64,000 nucleotides of DNA, from positions 9,982,001 through 10,046,000 of the forward strand of contig JBITNC010000001.1 in the NCBI GenBank assembly GCA_050084985.1, in the 5' to 3' direction. The stretch comes from Nageia nagi. Taxonomy: Eukaryota; Plantae; Pinophyta. Numbering within the stretch: the stretch's first letter is position 1; each line of letters opens with the position of its first letter. Made by a program: the position numbers and the translations under genes. The notes beneath the pieces are model-generated. The model saw only the letters and a list, made by a program, of their open reading frames with translations, had not been told where the DNA came from and ran no database searches. Of this stretch, positions 38,823 to 50,300 are shown in pieces.

Positions 38823-39651
38823 CTTCCCTCTCTCAAAAATAAATAAATAAACACTTCACAAGAGTAAATGTGTAATAAAGGATGCATTTAAAAAATATAG
38901 GAATCTCACCAACTCAATCTGAGATAAAATTAAAAAAGGATACAACTTGCACGCTTATCAAATGTTTGCACAACACATCATACATTTTATTCAATTCTAT
39001 GGAGCAAGTTGAGAGTGACGGTAGAAGGAAAATTGAATATAGTGAAGTCATCTCAATTTAGGGGATGAGAGCAACTAACTATGCCTTGCAGGTGATCGCA
39101 GGAGCAAGGGTTGAGGCGCAGTCATGATCCAACCCATTTCTCCTACCATGTTGGACAAGAGCAAGATTTGGAGGGCAACGCACGGAGTGGTGGGAGGTAG
39201 TGTGGCTGAGAAAAGCTGCATGCCTATGTGGAGCATCCATCCACCTCGTTCAATTGAAGCAATGGGGTGTTGGGAAACTAATCACCATGCCATCGTTCAA
39301 TCGTAGCTGGGGGAACCAATCACCACGCCACCGTTCAGTCGCAGCAATGAGGGTAGGGGTTGGCTAGTAGATACCATAGGCCTCAGACCGAGAGGCTTAT
39401 CACCAACAATAACCACCAGACCTTATTCCAATACGAGTGCGCCCAGATAAAAATGGATGGAATAGAAACACCAGTCTTCAAGTTGACATGCAATGGTAGA
39501 TGTGCCATATCCTACCCACCAACTTGAGGTGTGTGAAATAAACATTTACAAAAAAAAATGCAATGTAAATAATAAACAATATTACAATATATTGTAAGAA
39601 AAGGTTAATGTTCCAATTTTCCTTTGCGTATTTTAATTTATATTGTAAGAA

Positions 39652-40020
39652 AAGGATGTATAGTGGTTCCTCTCAAGGATGAGAGTACTCCATTTCAGAT
39701 CTTTACTTCTCAAGAACAATTCTTACAGCCTTACTCAACCTATTTTCCTACAAAGCATGAGCATAACTTTGCTCTATTCAAGTGTATATTAGAATAAGGT
39801 CAAGCTCTCTATTTATAGGAGAGAACCCCATTGTAATTCATATTAACCCACCTTTTTACCAAGGGTTTACATGAGGTTAAAAAGGGTCAAGTTGCACATA
39901 TTTAATTCTTAAATACTAAATAGGTATTTATAAATACTTTTTAGTACTTGGATGAATTAAGTATGAGAAACACTTTATTTTGCTTAGATACTAAACAATA
40001 ATGCATTAGGAATTCTAACA
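39652..40020 (-). repeat. Truncated 5' LTR of Copia B (lacks ~88 bp at the PBS-proximal end)
   Basis: Aligns to 22533-22907; ends AATTCTAACA, then TSD CTTGC. Confidence 0.92.
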
Positions 40021-41712
40021 CTTGCTTAGTGTTAAACTTAGGGATCTAAGCATTCTTGAGATCTAAAGTAAGCTCATGTTCTATCCTTTCTTGAATTTGA
40101 TCATTTGTCTCATTAGGTCTTGATTGTTCTAAAACGAATTCCTCTTATGGAAGACCAACTTACTAATTTAATATATTATTGATGAGTTCTTATTGCTCTG
40201 TAACCTACTCTTGTAGTATCCTGATGGCTTCTTTGTCATTATTTTTCCTAGTGGATCAACTAGCAAAACTCTCAGTTTCATGGTTATTCTCTACCCTGAC
40301 ATTTCTCACTTTTTTGGCTCTTGCATTCTTGCATCGAGCATTTCCTCTGTTATTTCTAACATTGGCATTAACGTTCATAGGAAAACCATGCATTTCACCT
40401 TGAGGCAATTTGCTAGAAGCTCTTGTAACACATCTTGGGGGTGCCATAATCTAAGTCCACAAAATGGTGTTGTATTAAGCTCAAGCATACTCATTTCAAC
40501 TTCCTAAAAATTTACAACAAAAGAGTCATGGACCATAGGCTCAGGAGTTTGAACTTGATGCTCTGATACCAAAGTAGTGCTTCACCTATTCATGACTTCA
40601 AACCCTTAAAATTTCAAACCTTATTTTTATTTAATTTGAACACTCAAATGGTTTAGGAATGGACAAGGCAATCCACATGAGCATTTAAATGTTGCTAGCT
40701 AGTCAACATCCACAAGGAAGGATTGGTCAAATTCGGCTTAACCAATCATGATCAAAACTTTTTGGTATTCACTTCTTAATGCTCACCTCGTTGGAATACG
40801 CCACACAAGTGACCCCATCATTTTCACTCACAAACTATGCAATGGATAATATGGTCATGCCATTTTAGCTTTCTACTTAGGGCCCATATCACCTAAGAGA
40901 ATGCTCGTTCACAAGGTTAAACATCTTCACCCAATGTGTAACCCTTTGAATCATAGGAGCAGATAGATTATCCTAAGCAATCTTCTATATGAAATGGATA
41001 AAGCATCATTACCTATGGAACATTTGTCATACTCCTATATGCTTAATTGTGAGAGGTATGACTACTAGTTACCCTCACCTAGTAATTGCATTTTTTTCAA
41101 TTACTACCCCTATCTGATAACCTTTCAGGGGTATGAGACACTAGCCTACCCATATCTATCTGTTAGGCCCACCATGTTGTCTAACATCCTCATGCCCATA
41201 TCTTGGGGAGCCATGGATATTTAAAAAATATCCTTGAGTGTTTTGTTTTATCTAATAATTTTATTTCAAAAGTTATAAAATAAAAATCACCCTCACACTA
41301 TCATTCCTAGAGATAATTGGTCTGAAACCAATTATTAATCTTCTAAGTTTACATGCTTAAATGATACAAGCAATAAGGTGTATTACAAACTAATTATTGC
41401 CTTAGGAACAAACACCACATTATTATGCCTCAAAAAAAAATAATGGCAGCATTCATTTTAAGAGTACATGAGAAGTTACAAAACAAAGCTTACTCAAGAA
41501 GCCAACATAGAATATACTCAACAGTATCTTAATTCAATAATCCCACATACACAATGAAACCAAAGCAATAATGCTATAAATGCACATTATTTCCAAGAGA
41601 CAATAACAAATCCTGAGAATCTTCTAAATGCAGCTACTCCTAATAAGGGAGTTCATAGAGTGGTCCTCACTTAGGGAATAGTTTTGGATAAGATTCTTGT
41701 TGTCACTTTGCA

Positions 41713-42035
41713 GGAGAAAATATTGAAAGAACAGATAAAGCATGAACAGCTTCCATAGCATATACACATGTTAGTACGATTTATGAAATAGGGGCAATGG
41801 AATATCGTGATCTAAACAAAGGATTTCAAAGGAAACTCAAAAAGGACTTATGATGCATATGCCTATTTTTATCCAAGTAAAATGAAACTTCTCCATCCAA
41901 CTTGTACTTAGAATGGAGAGGCAGACCAAATCATAATGGGACACTATGCAAACATGATGCCTTGATGTCATTTTTAATTCCCCAGTGCATAGATTGGAAT
42001 CAAATGAGACAAAATGAAGTGTGCTTCTACCCACT
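41713..42035 (+). repeat. Copy 2 of the direct repeat shared with 10469-10869
   Basis: See copy 1; this copy is preceded by TTTGCAG. Confidence 0.85.
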
Positions 42036-42099
42036 GTACACTCATAATGTGTGATAAGGGTTGGAAGCTCTAAGTCCAGTTTTTTTTGCATCAATTTTT

Positions 42100-44010
42100 T
42101 ATGTTAACTTTTTGCATATGGGCTCTTCATATCTATTTTGTTAGGTGTCCAAAACATATCTCCCCCTTTTGAATTTCAAATGATAGTGTTATGATGGTTT
42201 TAAATGAATCTTTGATGTGTTATATATTGATGTCATGATATTTTGCTACTCGTTATTGATCTCCAAGCTTGTATATTTGCAAAATGGAAGGTAAATGCCC
42301 TTCAATTATATTAACATTAAGTTGTCTTGAAGGAACCTCCAAGATCCTTGAGAAATTGAACTTTCTCAAGAGAAGATCAACCTTCTATGTATTCAATTAA
42401 GAATTGATGACAAAAGAATTAATAATTGACAAGAATAATAGAATGATAAAATGATTTGATATTGATAAAAATTGATAAGCTAATGTGATGATCGATAATA
42501 AAGATATATGACAATAATCTTAAACTATGTTTCAAAGGGGGGAGAATGGGATGACCAATTAAAAGGATTTTTGACTGGAAGCTACAATTGGAAGTCTTAG
42601 AATGGTGCATTTATTGTTATTTTGGACAAGTCTTTATAGATGGATAGAAGGAAAGTTGGCAATTCATGTAGCAAACAAGTGGAGCAAGACAAGGATTAAG
42701 ACATTATTCGAGTGCATTGTCACCCTCGTGTGGAGATCCTTCACATTATTTTTATCATGTACTGAGATAGGCAGGTTTATGGGAGACTTACTTAACTAAT
42801 TACACTCTCATACATAGCAATTATGGTCTTCTCAATGTGGAGCAAAATGTTCAGAAATAGAATTAAGATCGATTTTGTAAAAGGATGATATGTAATCACT
42901 CATAAGATATGTTATTTTAGGATCTTCAAATATAAATTAAGAAAAATTCAACAAGATGGAGTTCAAGTTTCAATACTAAAATGTGCAAAATACCAACATT
43001 AGCATTGGAGAACACTTCAATTTTGGCCAATAAACTGCATCCATGGTCATTATTCTATGTATTCAATAGAAATGTTAATGTATTGATTATCAAAACTTGA
43101 GATAAATAACCAATCAATAAATACATAGGTTTTATAGTGGCATCTTCCAATGTGAGAGTACATCCACTTCCAACTTAGATTAATGATTATATTATTGTGC
43201 AAACTTAGAGATTGTGACTAAGGTTTTCTTCCTTCCAATGACAACATTTGACTTCTACAACAACACCTCACAATTCCCTCTTGCACAATAAAAATCAATT
43301 CCAACAATCTCTTTAATTGTTGAAAATATCAATAATAGCTAGGCAAAAACATGTACTAGAAAACACGTCATATCTCCCATAAATAGAATATGCTCATACA
43401 AAATGCAACTACCACCATCACACTATGTGGTCTATTCAATACATGATAATATCTCATGCTCTCTTAGCATGGTAAATATATAAATGGAGTTCACCTTCTA
43501 AACCTATGCAACTCTAGTTTCTTTTGGCTCTCTTGGTTCTTGGCACTTGGAGCTCTAAAACTTTCTCTCTGCATTTTACTTCATTAATTCATCTCGAAAC
43601 AATAAAAAAATATGGATTGAAGAAGAAAAGAAGCTCTTATGCAATTGTATCCTCCTTTGGTCTAATTCCCATCCAAAATTAACAATAGTCTTCATGGTTG
43701 TAGTTATTCACCAACTATGGGATAGTTTGCTCCAACAATGGTAGTATCTAGCCACAACAGTGACTACACTCATACTTCTCTTAATCTTTCTTCCACGTCT
43801 CCTTTTTTTTCCAAATGAAGTCCCCTGAGCATGTTTTTAATGATGCTCACATGTCTCTTATCTTCAAATGACTCCTCAACTTCACAAATGACTCTAAACA
43901 TACAAGACACACTTCAACTTCCCCAAAATTTATTCCATTACCCCAATGCTGACACTGGCTGACATGGTTAGGTAACCAAACAGTCAGACAAGCAATGGAC
44001 CATCACAAGA
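42100..44010. mobile_element. Decayed LTR-retrotransposon debris (PPT/LTR junctions, solo-LTR-like sequence)
   Basis: PPT-like AAAGGGGGAGA on the minus strand at ~42160 and the plus strand at ~42535; a motif at ~43135 resembles the AGTGG..GAGTACATCCACT block of the Copia B/C LTRs; ..GGACCATCACA end near 44007. Confidence 0.45.
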
Positions 44011-44459
44011 TTATTTCATATCCAAGCTCATGTTAGATCACCTCTAGACTTTCCCATAATGCATTTGACACTGAAAACTTTGATCTCTGACAATCTTATC
44101 AACAGATTTTGGATGAAGTTGAACCTTAAAGTTGTTGGCAACATTGATGTTGATGTTCTAAAGTACTTGGTCCCTAGAAAGTGAATTGACATACTCTAAT
44201 GCCAAAGTGACCAAATACAAAATCTTACATCCAAATTCCTCAAGATCCCTAGCGTCAATGTTGGGAGGTAAAATTTTGACATGTGAACAGTTTGAGCGAA
44301 AACATCAAGAATAACAATCAAACCTTCAACAAAGGTAAAAACATGCATATACTCATTGGAAAGGTATCTTCGAAATCTATCTAATGAAAAAAGAATCACC
44401 TCAATTTGATGCTTCTATAAAAAGTTATTCCTTCCCTAAAATAATTGATCTATTTCAAA

Positions 44460-45070
44460 TCAAACGAAGAGAATGTAGATTGGTAATTGAGGATTATATA
44501 AAGGGCCTCTTTCTTAAACCACCCATTCTTAATTTGGATGAAAATATCAAGCACTCTTTTTATGCAAAGGTCTTCTCACCTTCCATGGATGCTTTCAAGG
44601 CTACAACTTAGAGATATTTGAAATGTATGTGACCAACTAGGATAAGGGAAAGGTTTTTGTGTGGCCTCGAATTCTTCGTTGACACGAAATTGTTGGCAGA
44701 GGTTATAAGCTTTCAGGTTATATGGGACCAAGTGAGAATGGAATGTCATTCATCAATAGATGAATCGAGCATTGTTTTGGAGCCAAGAGAATCCCTTAGG
44801 AGAGCTAATGGTGGAATTCTTACTTTCTCCTTGCCATCGCTTTAGCGAGGTATGTTGAAGTGATAGTGGATTAATTGAAATTAGATGCTCGGCAAGACTT
44901 GGTAAGGAGCTACCCTTTCTCTTTCCTCAATATGCTTTGATAAGATAGGACCATCAACATTCTGAAAAATTTGTTGTATTCCATTCTAAAGGCGATTGAA
45001 GGTAACAAACAAAGGAGAATCTAGATTTCCATCCATCAAGGCTTATTTATGATTATTTTTAAACATGTCT
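44460..45070 (+). pseudogene. Decayed retrotransposon accessory-type ORF remnant
   Basis: Fragments CGLEFFVDTKLLAEVISF..W, INILKNLLYSILKAI and IHQGLFMII resemble the extra ORF of some plant LTR elements; many stops. Confidence 0.4.
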
Positions 45071-47274
45071 TGCAGGTGAAAGGACCTATCAATAACATGT
45101 TTTCCCCATAAGAGCCAATGTATGCCTCATAAAAAATGAAAGCCAAGCTAGTATGTGAGGATAGTCTCAAGAACCATCAAGGCAGAGAAGGAAATAGAGA
45201 AGACTCCAAAAGAAACCCAAACAAATTTTCCTCAAACTACCTGATAATGAGGGAGGAAACTCTCAATGTGGAAAGTCTCCATGTTTCAATTCAAGCCAAG
45301 TTTAGGAGCCGAAGATTGCAAAGGTGGGCTAGGATCGAAGGGGTTGTAGCCATCTATAACTATTAAAAAGAGATAATTCAATGGCAGAAGTAATAGCTTC
45401 TAGATTGAAAATGCATGGTATGGTTTTCGAATCCCTACAGTAAGCACAAATTGTTGGTATGCAAGGCCATATTGATTGAATTAGAGCAATGGCTGGATCA
45501 AATTTAGATTCTTTTTGTCTAAACCTTAGACTTCATGTTTATCTCTAGTTGATGTGGAAGAATCGTTAGTTGATATTATAAAACTTTTTGTTTTAGAATG
45601 ATCCTTAGCTATGTTGATGTAAAAGGGTTTTCAAGCTCTTTTAAAACCTCCTCCTCCAATATAATCAACAAATAAACTTAAACTTCATAACAATTATAAG
45701 AATACCCAAAATCTAACATATCATAACGAACTTTACAAATTGTATGAAGATTGCAATCAAGTCTACCCATTATCACAATTTCCATGTAAACACAAATGAT
45801 AAGTTATCTTACTAAACCATTATACCTAATTATGCTTAAATGTGCTTAATTATGCTTGATTGTATCCAAAAGATTAGTAGAAGAGATTATACATCAAAAA
45901 TTAAAACCGACAAGAAAGAGAACACACATGCATGCAATAAAGTTGATAGCAATCACAAAATGCAAATTGACCTCCGTATGTGCATGGCCATGGTTGATCA
46001 ACTCTGAAAAGGGTTTGTTAAATTTCTCAAGTATGTTATGACTTTATGCTTTTATAGTACTATGAACATTTAGATGCTAAAGGCTCTCAAACACTCAATG
46101 CTAAAATGATTCAATAACTATTCAACCCTTTCTTTAAGTTTACAATTTTACTTTTATATTTTTCCACTGTCAAATTGAAGATTCAACTATCAATTTATGG
46201 TTCAATTATCAATCAAAAGTTTAAGTAAAAAGCAAAGGTAAAATATATTAACCTCCATGAAAATAATGATTACTATTAATCAATATATTTTTATGATGAA
46301 TTGTATCATTTCGAGAATAATGATTGAATTATTATATAACACATGAACGATTGGTAATTGAACCATAAAATATCCCAAAATGACATGATTCATCATAAAA
46401 ATACAGACTATTAAAAATACTTTGTTCATGCTTGATTCCCTGTCAGGTTAGTAACTTGTAGCCTAGTTGCGGAGAGGGCAAAATTAGTTTCATCTATTAT
46501 GTAGATTCCTTCAAAATAACATCAAAGCCCAGAACAGACAAAGTAATGCTTTCATTGTAGGCTCTTTCTGAGAATGGAACCCAATCCCATAGGAGAGAGA
46601 CGGTGACTGTTAAATTCCATTCAATAGCTCATTTGTACCTGCAACCAGCATTGATAGTGTATATACAAACCAAATATCCCAAGCCCAATCCAATTGAACA
46701 TTTGAAAATCAGAATGAACATCATATGAAAAAGTCTGTTCTGCTCTTCACGGAACTCCACTTTCTTGCTGACAAGTTGACAAGAAGACACGAGACAAAAA
46801 GTGGACAAAAATCCAAAGCAACACAACTGGTATAGGATGTGGGGGTTTTGCCTGTAGGATTGAATCTATGCTCAGAATCATATTATCTTTCACAAAATAT
46901 CCAGTTGATGGAATAATTACTTAGCACAATGGTAGAAAAAAAACATATTATCTTCAAATCAAGTCTTACATCTGCGCTCCAAAACAACAAGACAATAGAT
47001 TCCACTATCCATATATACACCCACATAATAGTGTAGCGTAAAGTTAAAAATAGACATCCTGGAGGTCAGTTTTATGTGACTGTACTAAACTAGAGCAGAT
47101 TCATGCCTGCATATTATTACCACACCAATCAGATTACTCCAGCCAGTCACAAAACAGCAATATTTGAGCATTCTTCAAAAAATAAGCATATGCATAGCAT
47201 ACGCATCCATGATATTATGGTCCCACAGGAAAGGCAATTATTTTCGTCATTATCTCACTGGTCATGGCATCTAT

Positions 47275-47367
47275 TTACGTAGAGCCACTTCGGATGATTG
47301 GTACTTTTCGGCGACCAGTCATGGCTTCCTTCAAACGTGCAACTTGATACATCATCTGACTTACTTT
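47275..47367 (-). CDS. ATI1: ATI last coding exon (not in the ORF track)
   Basis: TTGTGGCAG|AAA GTA AGT CAG ATG ATG TAT CAA GTT GCA CGT TTG AAG GAA...TAA; phase 0 matches the donor GAG|GTAATA at 61746. Confidence 0.9.
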   Translation of the reverse strand, partial: KVSQMMYQVARLKEAMTGRRKVPIIRSGST

Positions 47368-50300
47368 CTGCCACAAGGATAAATATTATTATGCCAAAAC
47401 TTACATGCTTAAAGAAAACATAATATAACCAGAGTCCGGAAGAATATATCAGCTCTTTTTCACATATATTCATTAGCATTGTCAAAATGATGTAACTAAA
47501 GTTTAGAAGAATATATCTGATCTTTTTTGAAATGCCATCACCTTGCATTCACATCAGAACAGTTTCCATCCACACCCAGGACGTAAAAAATATTCTCACG
47601 CAATAATGCGGAAGCAAGTTATAAACACAGCATGATATAAGTTATAGTGGATAAATCTGTTCTATCTTTAATATAGTCAGCATATTCCCATAGCAAATAT
47701 TTTTCTAACACAATATTTTTGGAATTATCATGTGAGTTAAGCAGTTGACCAAAGCTAATATAGCCAGTCAAAATGAGTGAGTACAAAGGAAAATTGTCGA
47801 GAATAGAATGACATTTCCCAGACCAGGTATTTGTTATAAAATAAGCAATGACAAAATATTTTGAAGAAACCAACTCTTCTGAACTCAACAAAATAATAAG
47901 AGTAAATTAGTCAATTCCATGGGTCAAAACAAATAAAACCAGCTTACCCTCCAAACCCTTTGAACATGTTAACTATAGTGTAGAAATTAAAACAGGAAGT
48001 CAATTCCATGGGTCAAACAAGTGAAACCTGCTAACCCTCCAAATATTTTAAACATGTTAAACATGGTGGTAAGCATAAAAAGGTACGGTAAAAGGTGCAG
48101 ACTGGAGGATATGGTGCACAAAAAATCAGGAAAAGAAATCATCATACAGTTCATGTAACAGATACCTTTGAAAGCTACGTTAAAACTTAAAAGATAAAGT
48201 AAACCCTATGGCAATCCTACTTTCAATAAACCATCTTGGTTGGTATTATGATTATCCCTCTCTCTATGTACAGAATATGTTGTACCTTTGTGACAGAGTA
48301 CATGACCACTCTCTGAATATGGGCTTACTACAACTCTCAGAGACAGCAAAATGTTGACAGTTAACTTGGGAATATAGATCTAAATGTCAAGGAACTCTCA
48401 AAGAATATGTGCAAATAAACTATTATCCCTTTCTATATACAGAATATGTTGTACCTTCATGACAGAGTACATGACCACTCTCTGAATATGGGCTTACTAC
48501 AACTCTCAGACACAGCAGAATGTTGACAGTTACCTTGGGAATATAGATCTAAACGTCAAGGAACTCTCAAAGAATATGTGCAAATAAAGAAAATAAAACT
48601 CGATTTGAATATGTTTACAGGAATTCAATTTATCTCTATGCTGTGTAAGAGAAAGGAAAATAGAAAGCATTGAAATAAAAAGATGCCAAAGAGAATAGAA
48701 GCAATCTGAATTCTGAGTTCTCTGATGTGAAGAGCCAAAAGCATAACGTTCATAAATACATTATAATGGGTATCATAGTGTCTACAGTCACATAACAGTA
48801 TTTTGTATGCCTGTTTCTACTCATCGATTCATGAATACAAAAAAGCAATTTCATGCAACTCATTTTGAAAAATAATCGCTCAATCTGATTGAAACTTTAG
48901 TTTTTGCTTTTGTTTCTCCTTCACAAATGACAATCGTTCATATGCTATATAATAATTGTGGTCATTATTCTAAATAATGTTTTCAAGGGGGAAGATAAAC
49001 CATCCATCACCAGTGCAATCTCGCCTGTCAGAGTAAAGCTTCATATATCCAGGAACAAGGAAATATTTTACCAGTTTTTTACAATTCAAATTGAAAGGAT
49101 ATATACCATCTGCATTTAGGTCATCCCCACTCCCAGCATAAATGTACAGCTTTGGTAAAAATCCAATGTTTCATTGGTGCATCTCAACAAGTAAATGCTA
49201 TACACAATGTTCAAATCCACAAAGAACCCAGAACAACCTATCAATGTAAAAGATATTTATCTAAATAGGATCAGTAAGGAACCTAACTCTCAACAGATCA
49301 GACATTTCCAAACCTGAAAAATATGGCCATCACCTGATAAGGAAGACTGGCATAATCCAATATTGTGACTCTTACTCCTATAATTGCTTAACTACACATT
49401 TAAAATCCATTTCTCTATGCAGCTGGTAGAGATGTAGGAAACTATTCATGGGCAATAGATAAACAAACAGGTATAATTTAGTAATGACTATCAAATGGAA
49501 ACAATTTGTATAACAACAAATTAAGTAGTTGATGCTTCAAAAATATGAGAGTATTATTTATAAGTATGAAAATAAATTGGAAAAGATAATTTATAAAGTG
49601 CCTAATTTATTTCTATGTTATCAAGCTGGACCTTTTATAGCTGCCTTAGAAAGTGAAACTACGGTGAAGGCACTCAAAAGCAAGATCTTACATCAATAAA
49701 CAAATTTCTCAAAATACTCAAATGCAGAAAAAGAGAGTGATTTCCATAATAGAGACACGTCCAAAGCCCACCCCCTGTCCACAGTTTACTTGCAATGGAA
49801 AAAAGATATGCCTAAATCAAAGTCCAAGACACAAGATACAACTAGCCATAACACACACAACTTATTCCACCTAAGTTGCCAGCACACTCTCATCTATGAG
49901 CAATATGAAAAAAACTCGAGGAATTCAATCACCTATTCAATGACACTGTTGGTTCAAACGCATACTACAATCAAATGCCAATTGTGTTGAATATTAAAAT
50001 ATTAATCCCAACTATAGGAATGTTAAGGTCCATGTTGAATTCGATAGACCTGTAAACCATCCCAGGAGATGAATGATTGTTACTCAAGAAACTTTGGGGT
50101 GAACATGGCAATTGAATTTTGTAAAGTAAATTGAAAAAAGCTATTAAATGTGCCACTAAATTGAGGCATAACTTGTCATTAGTGCATAACAAAATTGAAT
50201 GAACAAACATGAACAAGTGGAGATCCCCTCCCCCTACATGATAAAAATTATTATGCATATTGGACGAAAGCATAAATTATACAAGGGTCACAATCAACGA

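Larger units (their letters stand above)
22445..40020 (-). mobile_element. Ty1/Copia retrotransposon B (degenerate), carrying nested Copia C and a ~3.7-kb host-DNA insert
   Basis: 3' LTR 22445-22907 plus PPT; 5' LTR remnant 39652-40020 aligns to 22533-22907; perfect TSD CTTGC (22440-44 / 40021-25). RH/RT 23620-25100, INT 25300-26040, PR/gag 34329-35756 (WVVDSGCTNHM; CNFCSIYGHKENHC). Confidence 0.92.
12127..41387 (-). mobile_element. Degenerate chromovirus-type Ty3/Gypsy retrotransposon, split by Copia insertions (own sequence ~12127-12969, 18283-22444, 40021-41387)
   Basis: PBS TGGTATCAGAGC at 40560-40571. Gag start MAPPR (40447) continues across the Copia B TSD. Protease ~21200-21500; RT (YEFVVLPFGLTNA..FLDDI, 20232-20900); RNase H (CIDASLEGLGGV); integrase (18300-19100; KLDPQFVGPF and VHDVFHVSILRK at 12820-12960); chromodomain (LVQWDKYPESSFTWED, ~12640-12690); PPT AAGGAGGGCAG then TGTAAC at 12519. 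Outer limits are tentative (flanks ACCTA/AACTA). Confidence 0.85.

Noticed and set aside
49790-50275. LINE remnant (KWRSPPPT* resembles the WxPP motif before LINE RNase H)
   Set aside because: Single weak motif among many stops; insufficient evidence.
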